Shown: positions 1 to 11,700 of the stretch, in pieces
Position numbering within the stretch: the stretch's first letter is position 1
How the letters are laid out: each line of letters begins with the position of its first letter
From: Octopus bimaculoides
Lineage: Eukaryota
Assembly: GCF_001194135.2 (NCBI RefSeq)
Contig: NC_068985.1
Span: 25,377,833-25,441,832, forward strand
Direction: 5' to 3'
DNA: 64,000 nucleotides
Notes under the pieces: generated by a model
Told to the model about the DNA's origin: nothing
Databases searched by the model: none
Seen by the model: the letters and a program-made list of their open reading frames with translations, nothing else
Translations under genes and position numbers: made by a program

Positions 1-691
1 ATCGTCCAACCCATGCTAGCATGGAAAGCGGACGTTAAACGATGATGATAATGATGATGATACACCATTTATATAATGCCTCTTTTTTTTATGGTTGCGA
101 TCTCTAACTCTATATGATGGGAATTTACAGGTTGGCAAACCAGAGCACTGGGGGACGCAGGATACAAAATATTTTCTATTTAGTTGACTGACTAACTACA
201 TCTCAAGAACTAATCAACCATGGTAGCTTGCCTTGTAATTAGTTTTGTTTTGATGACATAAGAAAGGAAGAGAAGAAAACAGTTTAATATCTTGGGATTT
301 CTCTAAGAATTTAATTGGTAAGAGAGATGATTGTTATCTTGTTACACAGGATTATTGAAAATCTGAACAGTGTAAAAAGGTAAAGACCCCGCTTCAGTCA
401 TGAATGACCATGGGATTGCTCCTAGAAAGTTCCCCTCTGAGGCACAAGTCCAGGCAAGGTTCTTTATGGAAGATCAGCAGTCACCCATGCATACAAGCCT
501 CCCCTCTGCACGCCACTGATGTTATCCAAGGGAAAGGCAAAGACTGACACAGCTTGGCACCAATGACGTCGCAACTCATTTCTACAGATGAGTGAACTGG
601 AGCAAGCTGAAATAAAGTGTCTTGCTCAAGAACAACCTGGTCTGGGAATTGAACTCACTATCTCATGATTGTGTTTGAACAGTATACTCAC

Positions 692-837
692 TTGTTAAAT
701 AATGGATTTACAGCTGAGGCAACACCAGGATCTGCACCCTGATGTTCCACCCGTCGCAGTGTGTCCCCTTCAAATGTCATGTTGATTTCACCAAGGTCCC
801 GCTCGGCTTCATCAGGTGGCACATACATATTTAGTGA
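692..837 (-). CDS. Exon 22 (cytoplasmic): SLNMYVPPDEAERDLGEINMTFEGDTLRRVEHQGADPGVASAVNPLFN; gene continues beyond
   Basis: ttttcag|TCA...AA|gtgagt; 146 nt, phase 0-2; GC-richer than flanks. Confidence 0.88.
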
Positions 838-3800
838 CTGAAAAGAAAGTAATACAAATCAACTGTAACTATTTAAGCTTTAATTTAAGAAAAATACTTT
901 TAACCTTTTCGAAAAAGAAGCAAAGATTACAGAACTAATTACTTCCACCTTAGCGAAAGCAGAGGTATTGTTTTCAGTTGTTTGTTTGTCCATGGACAAG
1001 ATATCTCAAGAACTGCTGGATTGATTCGAATGAAACTTTCACGACTGGCACAAACTGATTAGATTTTAGAATCGATCCAGTACTGGAAAAAAATTCTGGA
1101 TTATTTTTCATGTTTTTTACTTAATTTTTGAGAGCAGTCGTTCATTTTTAGTATTCTCATTTGTAAGAGGATTCAAGTTTATTTCAGATATTCTCATTTT
1201 AAAAATCATCTCTGGCTAATCATTGAGAGGACGTTGGTGTTGCCTTGGCTGAGATTTGTGCTCTGAGTGCTCTTGTGTTTTATTTTTGGTATAAAATTCA
1301 GATTTTGAAATCTGCTACATCAATGTCAAAGGAAATATAAGAGAACAGAAATGCACTATAAGTTACAGTTATAAAATTAAGGACTATAATGTGCAGTTAA
1401 GAATTCCACTTTGTAGTTAAGGGTTTAGGGTTCAGTCTCACTGTATGACTTCTTTGGGGAATGTATTTTACTACCACTCTGGGCAAACCAATGCCATGGG
1501 AATTAATGGGCAGAAACTGTATTAAGCCCAATGTACATACATACATAAGTGAGAATTATATCCCTAGATCAGCGAGCCTCCTCCATTAGCTGTTGGACTT
1601 GTAATACATACACACACACACTTATTTATGTTTTATCTTTTACTTGTTTCAGTCATTAGACTGAGGCCATCCTGGGGCACTACCCTGAAGAATTTTTAGT
1701 CAAATGAATTGACCCCTGTACTTATCCTTTTTTTTTAAGCTCAGTACTAATTCTATCAGTCTATTTTGCTAGACCCCCCCCCCCCATATGTATATATATA
1801 TATATATACGATTAGTTTCTTTCCACTTCTGTCAACCAAATACACTCAAGGCTTTGGTTAGCCCAAAACTATAGTAGAAGACACTTGCCCAAAGTGCCAC
1901 GCAGTGGGACTGAACCCGGAACCATGTGGTTGGGAAGCAAACTTCTTACCACGCAGCCATGCCTCTCTCACACTTTGACTCCTCGTTCCATAATAAAGCT
2001 ATCACCCTCTCTTCTGTAGCCCTACTCAGTTGAAGGTGATCTTAGTCTTGCAAGCTGCATGATGACCTCACTTGTGCTGGTGCCACAAGAAAAAAAGAAG
2101 TACCCCCTACACACTGTAAAGTGATTGGTATTAGGAAGGGTAACCAGCTGTAGAAATCATGTCAAAGCAGACACTGGAACTTGGTACAGTTTTCAGACCC
2201 ATCAGATCCTGTCAAACTGTCCAATATGAACATTGATGATATATTTATGTGTGTATGTATGTATGTGTGTGTTTGAATGTTGATATTTTGCTTGTCACCA
2301 TTTGAGCAAAGTGGTGCCGATGCTGGCTTTCCTTAACATAATGAATGGATTCTGCTCTTTTGAAGACTTCTGGATTATAAAATCCCATACCCGAAAAACA
2401 GGTAAGTGTTGGTGATAGAAAGAGCATCTGGTTGTAAAATCCTCACGCAAAATGAATTCTCATTCAAGCCATGCTAGCATGGAAAATCAGATGTTAAACA
2501 AATGCATGATGTGTTTGCGTCTCCTTGTCTTGACTTCGCATGATTGTTGTAAATGAGTATCACTGTCGTATAAGTGGTGTTATTCATTTCCAATTACCTT
2601 GCATGGAAACAGGTAAAGATTAGTGATAGGCAAGACTATTTAAATGATTCTTATTTTATTGATCTCATAAGATTAAAAGAGATCAACCTTGATGGGATTC
2701 AAACTCAGTAAAAGAATGCAAATAAACACCATTTTTTGTCTGTTCTACCATATTTTTATCCATAACATTACACATGAAGAATGGATAGCACCAAAGATCC
2801 TGCCTTTTGCATCCAGACTAAGGATCTAATACTGTAACAGCTTAGGATTCAAAGGTTCCAACTTTTCAGTACCTTGCAAAAAAGCCTCAGAGATCTACAA
2901 AGAGTAGATATGGATGTGTTCCAAGAACGTTTAGACAAATTTATATCTGAGGTACCTCTAACCTTTCATTCTCTGACACGAGTTCCCCTCCTGAAATGGT
3001 GGTGCCCCAGTATGGCCATAGCCTCTGGCAGAACTCAAGGGAAGAAAAGAAAAAGGAAGAAACTACGACATAAAAATGCCCCTATTTATAGCATTGGGCA
3101 TTGTATAGATGGAAAATTAAAATCCTTGATACAAAAAAAAAAAAAAAAAAAAAAAAAAGCTATCAAAAATCTTGTTTTGCAAGATTTCTTAAATCTAGAA
3201 TTTAATAAAGGCCAAAAAAGTAGAAACAAACACATAGCTGAATAGAATAAACTAGATAAGATAAATAAACCAGACTATTTTCCTAAAATAGTCTATAAAC
3301 ATCAAACAAGTTGAACTGGTTTTTCAACTATTATAAATGGCTTAAGAAATGAATCAACAAGACCAACATTACAACATGAAATTGTGACATCTCTGAAATA
3401 AAAGCTAACAGGTTTCTTCTCTATTGGTATAGCCTAATTAAATAGATATCATTCTCGGGATGTAGAAAACTGGATCAGTAATTTAGGTTAAAATTACTTT
3501 AGCTTTAAAGTGTTGATTTAAGCAACTTAATTACCAACAAGAACTCAATATTTGATGGTATTTTTTGTGACAGACTCTGCTTAGCACACATACCCTAAAA
3601 TTTAGCTTCTAAGCTTACCATTCCAAAATCTTATCTCTTTTTTTCTCCTCCCCATCCTTTACTTTTTTCAGTAATTAGACTGACTGTGTTGGGGCCCTGC
3701 TTTGAAAAATTTTAGTTGAATGAAGTTACCCCTTTATGTTTATGTTTGTTTGTTTTATTAAGCCTGGTATGTATTTTATCGGTCTCTTTTGCCAAAGTGC

Positions 3801-6800
3801 TAAGTTACAGGGATAATAAAACACACCAGCACGAGTTGTCAAGTGTTGATGGGGGAGAAATACACACTCTTCTGTGCATCTCTTCAAATCTTTAGATATA
3901 ATTCCTAATGCACCTAGAACTACTGGGATACATTTTACCCACACTTTCCATGGTCTCTGTAATTCAATGGCTAGGTCCTGGTACTTTGCTATTTTTTCTA
4001 TACCTCATATCAGTTTTTTTCATCATCTGGGACTGTAAAGTCAATTATCTGACCCTTTTTATTCTCTTTATCTACTACTACTAAATCAGGCCTTCTAGCT
4101 TCTATTACTCTGTGAGTCTGAATGTTAAAGTCCCACATCTTATATTTCTTACTTTCTCATACTTTACTAGGTTCATGTTCATACCATTTATCAGGATGGT
4201 CAAATCCTAGCTTTCTACATAACTCCCAGTGGATCACCCTCCCTAGATTGTCATGTTGTTTCATATATTCTTTCTGTGCCAGCATGCTACATTCATTTAC
4301 TATATGAGCAACACTTTCCTCTTTTGATTTGCATAACCTACTTTTGTTCTTTTTTCTGGTTTTAACTTCGTTTTTGGTTTCCCTATGTCTTGCCATGACT
4401 ATAGCAACTCTTAATAAATTTTCTTCCCTATTAGCTACATAAGAGTCTATATCTACTCCAGCTAACTCCATGTAGTCTTCTACTGATATTAACCCTCCTC
4501 CACCTTCCTTTTTATTATTGTTATTACTAAGGAAGTGAGCTGGCAGGACCATTAGTACACCGAATAAAATGTTTGGAGGCATTTTGTCTCTATATATATA
4601 TATATATACCCACACATATATATACACACACACATAATCATCTCTGTGGAGGCACAATGACCCAGTGGTAAGGGCAATGGACTTGCAGCAATAGGATCAT
4701 GGTTTTGATTCCTGGACCAGGCATTGTGTGTGTTTATTGAGCGAAAACACCTAAAAGCTTCACGAGGCTCCAGCAGGGTGTGGTGGTGAACCCTGCTGTA
4801 CTCTTTCACCACAATTTTCTCTCACTCTTTCTTCCTGTTTCTGTTGTACTTGTATTTCAAAGGGCCAGACTTGTCACACTCTGTGTCACACTGAATCTCC
4901 CCGAGAACTACATTAAGGGTACACATGTCTGTGGAGTACCCAGCCACTTGCATGTTAATTTCACGAGCAGGCTGTTCCATTGATTGGATCAAATGGAACC
5001 CTCGTCGTTTTCCATGGGTTGGATAACTTGAAAGGATCCATCAAACCACAGGGCTATTATTAAACTCCAATGTCTGTTTTGATATCATTTCTGTGGCTGG
5101 GTGCCCTTCCTACCACCAACCACTTTACAATGTGTGTGTGTGTGTGTGTGTGTGTGCATGGCTGAATGTATGTGTCAATGTTTAAATAGCCCATGCTTGT
5201 CACTGCTGGATTAAAGTGGGGCTGATATTAACTTTCCTTGTGACAGATTGCTCTGCACTTTCAAAGACCTGTGGAATAAAAATATCTCCTTCTAGAAAAA
5301 CTGGTATGGGTTGGTGATAGGAAGAGCACCCACTTGTAAAATCCTATCAGAAATAAATCTCCATCTAAACCCATACCTGGAAAAATGGACAACATTAAAT
5401 TACAAGAACAAATGGAATGTAAATATGTAATTCTTGCATAATATCTAAATAACAACAAAAACAATTAAAAAAAAGATCAAGTGAATATGTGTATTTACTT
5501 GTGTTTCGAAATCTTTTAAGAAGTTTGGTGGTTCCACAAAATCTGTTGGTTCATTTGCCAGATGATGTATTCGATATTGGTTCAAATATTTAGTATACCT
5601 GCAAATAATTAAAGATTACTAGAGTTTTTCCATCTAAATGTTATGAGTGATGTTTCTGTATTAGTCAAGATAATCGTTTTTTTTTTTAAAGAACAAACAT
5701 ATCAATTTCTTAATTTAATTTTTTTATTTAACATTATGAATGCACCAACAGAATCACCTTTCACACACATATAGTTATACACTATCGATAAATTAAGTAC
5801 CAGTTGTGTACTGGGGTCGATCTAATCAACTGGACCCCTCCCATCAAATTTTTGGCGTTGTGTGCCTAGAGTAGAAAAAAAAATTTCTGTCAAGGTTGAC
5901 TTTGCCTTTCCTTCCCTTCAGGGTCAATAAAATAAGTTCTAGTCAAGAACTGGAGTTGATGTAACTGACTTATCCTCTCCCACAAAATTGTTGGCCTTGT
6001 GCGATATAGTAGAAAGAATTATTATTTGTTTTGCTGGGTGTGACTGAATGTATCAGCTGCCTACAGCAACAGACTAAGATGACACTCGTTTACTGATCAT
6101 GCTCCAAGAGCCCTGTAGAGAACTCTTGCAGTTCCAAGCAATGCTGAGTTTTGTAGGTGTTCCATCTTTACATTTGTACCAATCTTTTTGAGCCATGTTG
6201 GTAGTTGAGTACTATTACGTCCAAGCGTGCCACTTACTACTGGTTTCATGTCCATTCACTTCATTGTCTACAAACTGCATAGTTACTTTTTACTCTTCTT
6301 TCTCTTTGATTCTGTCACCAGGACATACTATTGTCGATTACCAAGCATGTTTTTTTAAATCTTTTTTGTCTACCATAACAATATCAGGTTTCTTTTGCCT
6401 GACCTGATGGTCACACTGAATCATTGCATCCCACAAGATTTTGTAATCCTCATTCACAGTAACTTCTGGGATTTGGTCATACCACATCTTTGCTCTTTGT
6501 TGACCATAATTTCCACATAGCTCCCAATGGATCTTTCTTGCAAAATTGTTATGTTTTCTGGTGTATTCATCCTGTGTCAATTTTGGGCATTCACTATGCA
6601 TCTGTTGCTCTCAGTTGTGTTGTCAATTCTGCACTTTACATAGTTCATCTTCAATGCTTGTTCTTGTGCTGCACATATAAGTGCTTCTGTCTCTATCAAC
6701 TGTTATTGTTGTTGCCATTATTATTATTAAGGTAGCGAGCTGGCAGAATTGTTAGCACACCAGGTGAAATGCTTTGTGGTATTTCGCCTGCCGCTATGTT

Positions 6801-8727
6801 CTGAGTTCAAATTCCACTGAGGTCAACTTTGCCTTTCATCCTTTCAGGGTTGAGGAATTAAGTATCAGTGAAACACTGGGGTTAATGTTATTGACTAGTC
6901 CTCTCCTCCAAAATTTCAGGCCTTGTACCTTTAGTAGAAAAGATTATTATTATTATTATTATTATATGAAAACTCATAGCTTATTTTGCTGAGTATGATG
7001 GAAAGTGTCAGCTGTCCACAGCCAGCAGACTAAGGTAACACTTGTTTACTGATCATACTTCAAAAACCCTGGAAAGAATTCTTGCAGTTCCAAGCAATGC
7101 TGATTCTTGTAGGTGTTCTACTTTCACACTTGCACCAATCTTTTTTGGCCATGTTAGTAGTTGAGTGCTGATACTTCCAAGTGCACCAATTACTATTGGT
7201 ATCACATCTACTTCCCTCATTGACCACAACCTTCATATTTCTCACTTCAAATCATCATAGTTGTTTATCTTTTCTTCTTTCACATTGATCCTGTTGTCAC
7301 TGGGACATGCTATGTTGATTATCATACATATTCTTTCTTTTTATTCACCACAACAATGTCCAGTTTCCGATGTCTGGTTAGGTGATCACACTGGATCATT
7401 GCATCCCACAGGATTTTGCAATTCTCATTTTTGGTGACTCCTTCTGGAGTTTTCTTATACCATGGCTCTTTGTAGGCCATGATTTCCACAGAGCTCCCAA
7501 TGGATCATTCTTGCCACATTGTCATGGCACCTTTTGTATTCACATTGTGCCAATTTCGGGCATCTGCTTACAATGTGCTGTTTTCCTCTGCTCTGATACA
7601 GTCCTGGCAACTAATCAAACCTCTCCCACCCTTTCCTCTGAACAAGTACAGCCTATCAGTGTCACTCTTAGAGTGGAAGGCTCTGTGCTGTGTACTGTTA
7701 ACATTTTTCTGGTCTTGGTATCCATTTTCTTCACTTCTCTCTTTTGCCATTTTATAGTTCCTGCTCCATACCAAAGTGATGCTATCGCCCACATATTAAC
7801 TGCTTAGATTATTATTATTATTATTATATTTTGAAAGGATTGATGTAACTTTTCACAAAGGTAAACAGACAAGATGAAGAGTATAATGTGATTACATTAG
7901 ATATTTTATTGGTTGAACAATATTTCGACAGCAATCCTGTCTTTGTCAAGTTCAAAATAAAAAGTTATAAAAACTCAAAATTATAGAAATTCAAATCTAA
8001 AGTATGAATGAAAGCAGCCAGTATCCACATGTTGATGGAATGACATCATTAGTTTTTAAGCTTCAAAGAAGAATATTGAATCAAACAGTTTTGTGTAAAT
8101 TTGATGATATTCTCCTGTCGTTTTATTAATTCTTTCAGGGTGTGATGTTAGTTACCCACAAGCATATTTCTCCTCATGCATTTTGAGTATTGAAAGGGCA
8201 GCAGATTCAGAATATTTTCTGAGAATATGCACTTTCAAGTCTTTATCAAAATTGCAGCCATTTGAAGCATGTCAGGCACAATAACAGAACTTGCCAAACA
8301 TTTTGTCATTCCATCAACGTGTAGACGCTGGTTGCTCTCATTCATACTTCAGATTTGAATTTCTATAATTTTGAATTTTTATCACTTTTTATTTTGAACT
8401 TGACAAAGACAGGTTTGCTGTCGAAATATTGTTCAACCAATAAAATATTTAATGCAATCACATCACACTCTTCATCTTGTCTATTATTATCATTATTATT
8501 ATTGAAATGGCAAGCCAGCAGAATCATTAGCACATCAGACAAAAATTCGTAGTGGCATTTCTTCTGGCTTTTTATGTTCTGAGTTCAAATTCCACCAAGG
8601 TTGACTCTCCCTTTCATGCTTTCAGGAGTGATAAAATAAGTACCATATAAGCATTAGAATCAATGTAATCATCTTATTCCCTCCCTTAAAATTGCTGGAC
8701 TTGTCCCTATAGTAGAAAGGGTTATTG

Positions 8728-8774
<47 letters not shown>

Positions 8775-11700
8775 AGGGTGGTGGAGAGGTATAATTGTTA
8801 GACAAAATGATATGCTGTATTAGTTCTGGCCCTTTACATTCTGAGTTAAATGTTTGCTAACTTTAGACAAGATGGTGTCTTGTAAAAAATACCTGAATAA
8901 CTACCATGGGGAAAGTACTTTGTTATTCATTCCTGCAAATTCCATCCCAATCAGTACTCCACAATGGAGTACTGTACCCATATCTGAGACAATGTTACTG
9001 CTATGTACACAGACATCCTGGATCACATCAAGAGAAAGGTCACTCAACTGAACCTGATTGGCAGTCAACCACTAATGGATAGATTCCAGCCCCTGGCCCA
9101 CAAGCCTGCTGTCTCCTTTCTTTCTGTCTTTTCTATTGCTACTATAATGACCTCTGCTTCTTTAAGCTATCTGATCTGATACCTCCACCACTCAGACATC
9201 CCTGAGTCACTCGTCTCTCCAGAATTTGTTACCCTTGTTGGGTGGACCTCCCCCCACCACTAGATCTACAGTAACTACACTGTCCAGTTCTTCCTCCCCA
9301 GAATATCGTCCCTCTGGAATATCTCCACAGTTTATGTCTTTCCAACAGATGTCAACCACACTGGTGTTAGAAGCCTGCAAAGGCCATGGGTACTGCCCCT
9401 ATACTCGGACTCAACTAGTGAAAAATAAAAGAATAAAGAAAATGAAGGGACATAGTGCTTATCAAAGAAATCCTCAGGGATCATTTGCAACTTGATGACA
9501 CAGAAATGGAAAAGATCATCATTACCATTTAATATCTGTTTTTTATGCCAGCACAGGTTTGATAGTTCAACAGGAACTGGCATGTCAGAAAACTGCACTA
9601 ATCCTTGCTGTCTATTTTAGCATTGGTTCTATTGCTGGATGCCTTTCCTAATGCCAACCACTTAAGAGAGTGTACAGAATGTACAGAGTGCTTTTTTATG
9701 TGGAATCAGCAGAAGTGAAATCACCAAGTAACTAGCAAGATAAAATCCTGCAACTAAGATGGAGGGAGGTAGAATGGAAGGACAGAAAAAAGAAGTCTTG
9801 CATTAGAGGTGAGACATTCCTGCTCCAGGTAGAATGAGATTAGAGAGAGGGGGGGAAGAGTGAAAGAAAGAAGATGGTGGTGATGGTGAGTTGGCTGGAG
9901 ATGGAAAGGGTGAGTGCATGAGTTCACAAGATTTTGAAAGGAAAGTGGTAGATGGAAGTAGGTGTAATGAGTGGGCACATGTAGAGGGAGGGGGCGTTGG
10001 GAAGATATGTTGTGGGGAGGAGAGTCAATGGGGATATATTGTATGCGGGTAGGTATGTGAGAGAGATTAGGGGGAATGCAGTGATTGATGAGCATGACGG
10101 TGGGGAAAGGGGTGTTGAGAAGATGAGTCATGGGGAAAGTTTGTCAGAGGGTGGGGTACATATTTATTTATGTGTTTCAGTCAAGTGACTGCGGTCATGC
10201 TGGTGCGCATGAACATTTTTTAATTTTTTATCAAGCTTAGAGAGATTGAAAGAAAAGAGAGAAGAATAAAAGAAAAAAGTTGGATTTGAGTTCAGAATGT
10301 AGAGAAACATCCAGAAAGCACGAGATATACTGTACATCACTCTGTCATTGTACACACTCTATCTGACCTCTGAGAAAAATTAATAAAAGAAAAAATGAAC
10401 TAGCTGAAGGATAAATTTCTGATATACCTGCCTAATATCTCAAGTAGTGTAATAGTGTCTTATATTTAATAAACATAGAAATAGATTAAGAAAAACGTGA
10501 AGGCTTACCTTGACCATGTAAATAACACAACAATGATTCCTATGAGGCAGAGCAAAATAATGATTGCAGCCAAGGCAACAAGTGCAGCCCAAGGATCATC
10601 CATCCACCAAACAAAACTTTTGGTCTTCATTGCAGCCCTTTGAGGTTGGTAGGTAGTTATCACAGATCCAATGTCGCCGATAGTATCTCCTAATTTGTTA
10701 AACTCCTCCCTAATCTTATCATTGCTGCAAATGAAAGGAAATTATTCTTTGAGCAAGTTTTTTTTTAGGTATATATAATGGGAGGAGTGAGTGAGAAGGT
10801 GAGAAAGAGGGAGAGAGAGAAGTGGGAACAAACATTGAATGCAATATAGTCTTATGATAAAGGGTTTAAGAGTAACAGTTTGGTATTTTTAATCATTTTG
10901 TTGTTTCTGTTGTGTGACTTAGAGGTTGAGGATGCAAGGCAGCTGAACTAACTTTAATGCAGGGGTTGACAAACTGGGGTAAATTATCCCAAGTGGGGTA
11001 AAAATGAAATTCTTGTGGATAATGAAAACTCATTAGACATGAATAAAATTATATAAAAAACATGTTCCTTGTTATGACAGAAATTTGTCTTCTGGCAACA
11101 CTTCATCTGTTCAATGTAATGGACGCGTTTAGGAGATGTCACACCAAATAAATTCAATAGACCTTCATAGGGGTAATGTAGGTGTAAAGTCCCTCATCAC
11201 ATTTTGCAAAAGTCTGGTGTTATTTATCTATTTTCGTAGATATTTATGTTACTTTATGATGGAATATACAATCTAGAAAGTGTACCTTCACTTCAACCTC
11301 AAATGTTAGCAAGGTAATAATTTGGAAAGAAAGTACTTTAACTGTTTTTGAACCTACTTTATACCACAAAAACTTTTTTATTTTAAAGAGGAACTAATTA
11401 AGTTAAAACAATCCATTATAATTTTTTGAAAGAATCTTTTAAGTAATATTATTAAATTTCCCCCTTATTTTTTTATTTAAAAAAATTAATTAGGCTGCAT
11501 ATTTCATTAAAAATATGGTCACAAAAGCATTAAATAGTACCTAATGTATCAAAATTGGATAATTATGATATCAATTGCGCAAGAGTACAATATATTTGAA
11601 TAATTAACTGACGAAGGACACAGATGGAAAAATTTTTAAATGAAATTTTTTGCATGAGAAGTATTTAAAAAACATTTTCCAAAGGAAAATGAAAAAATAT

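Noticed and set aside
60-147. Possible next or last exon after a good acceptor (tcccccag)
   Set aside because: The translation (ALVCQPVNSHH...) runs into a (CAT)n repeat with no convincing donor or motif; the gene's 3' end is left open.
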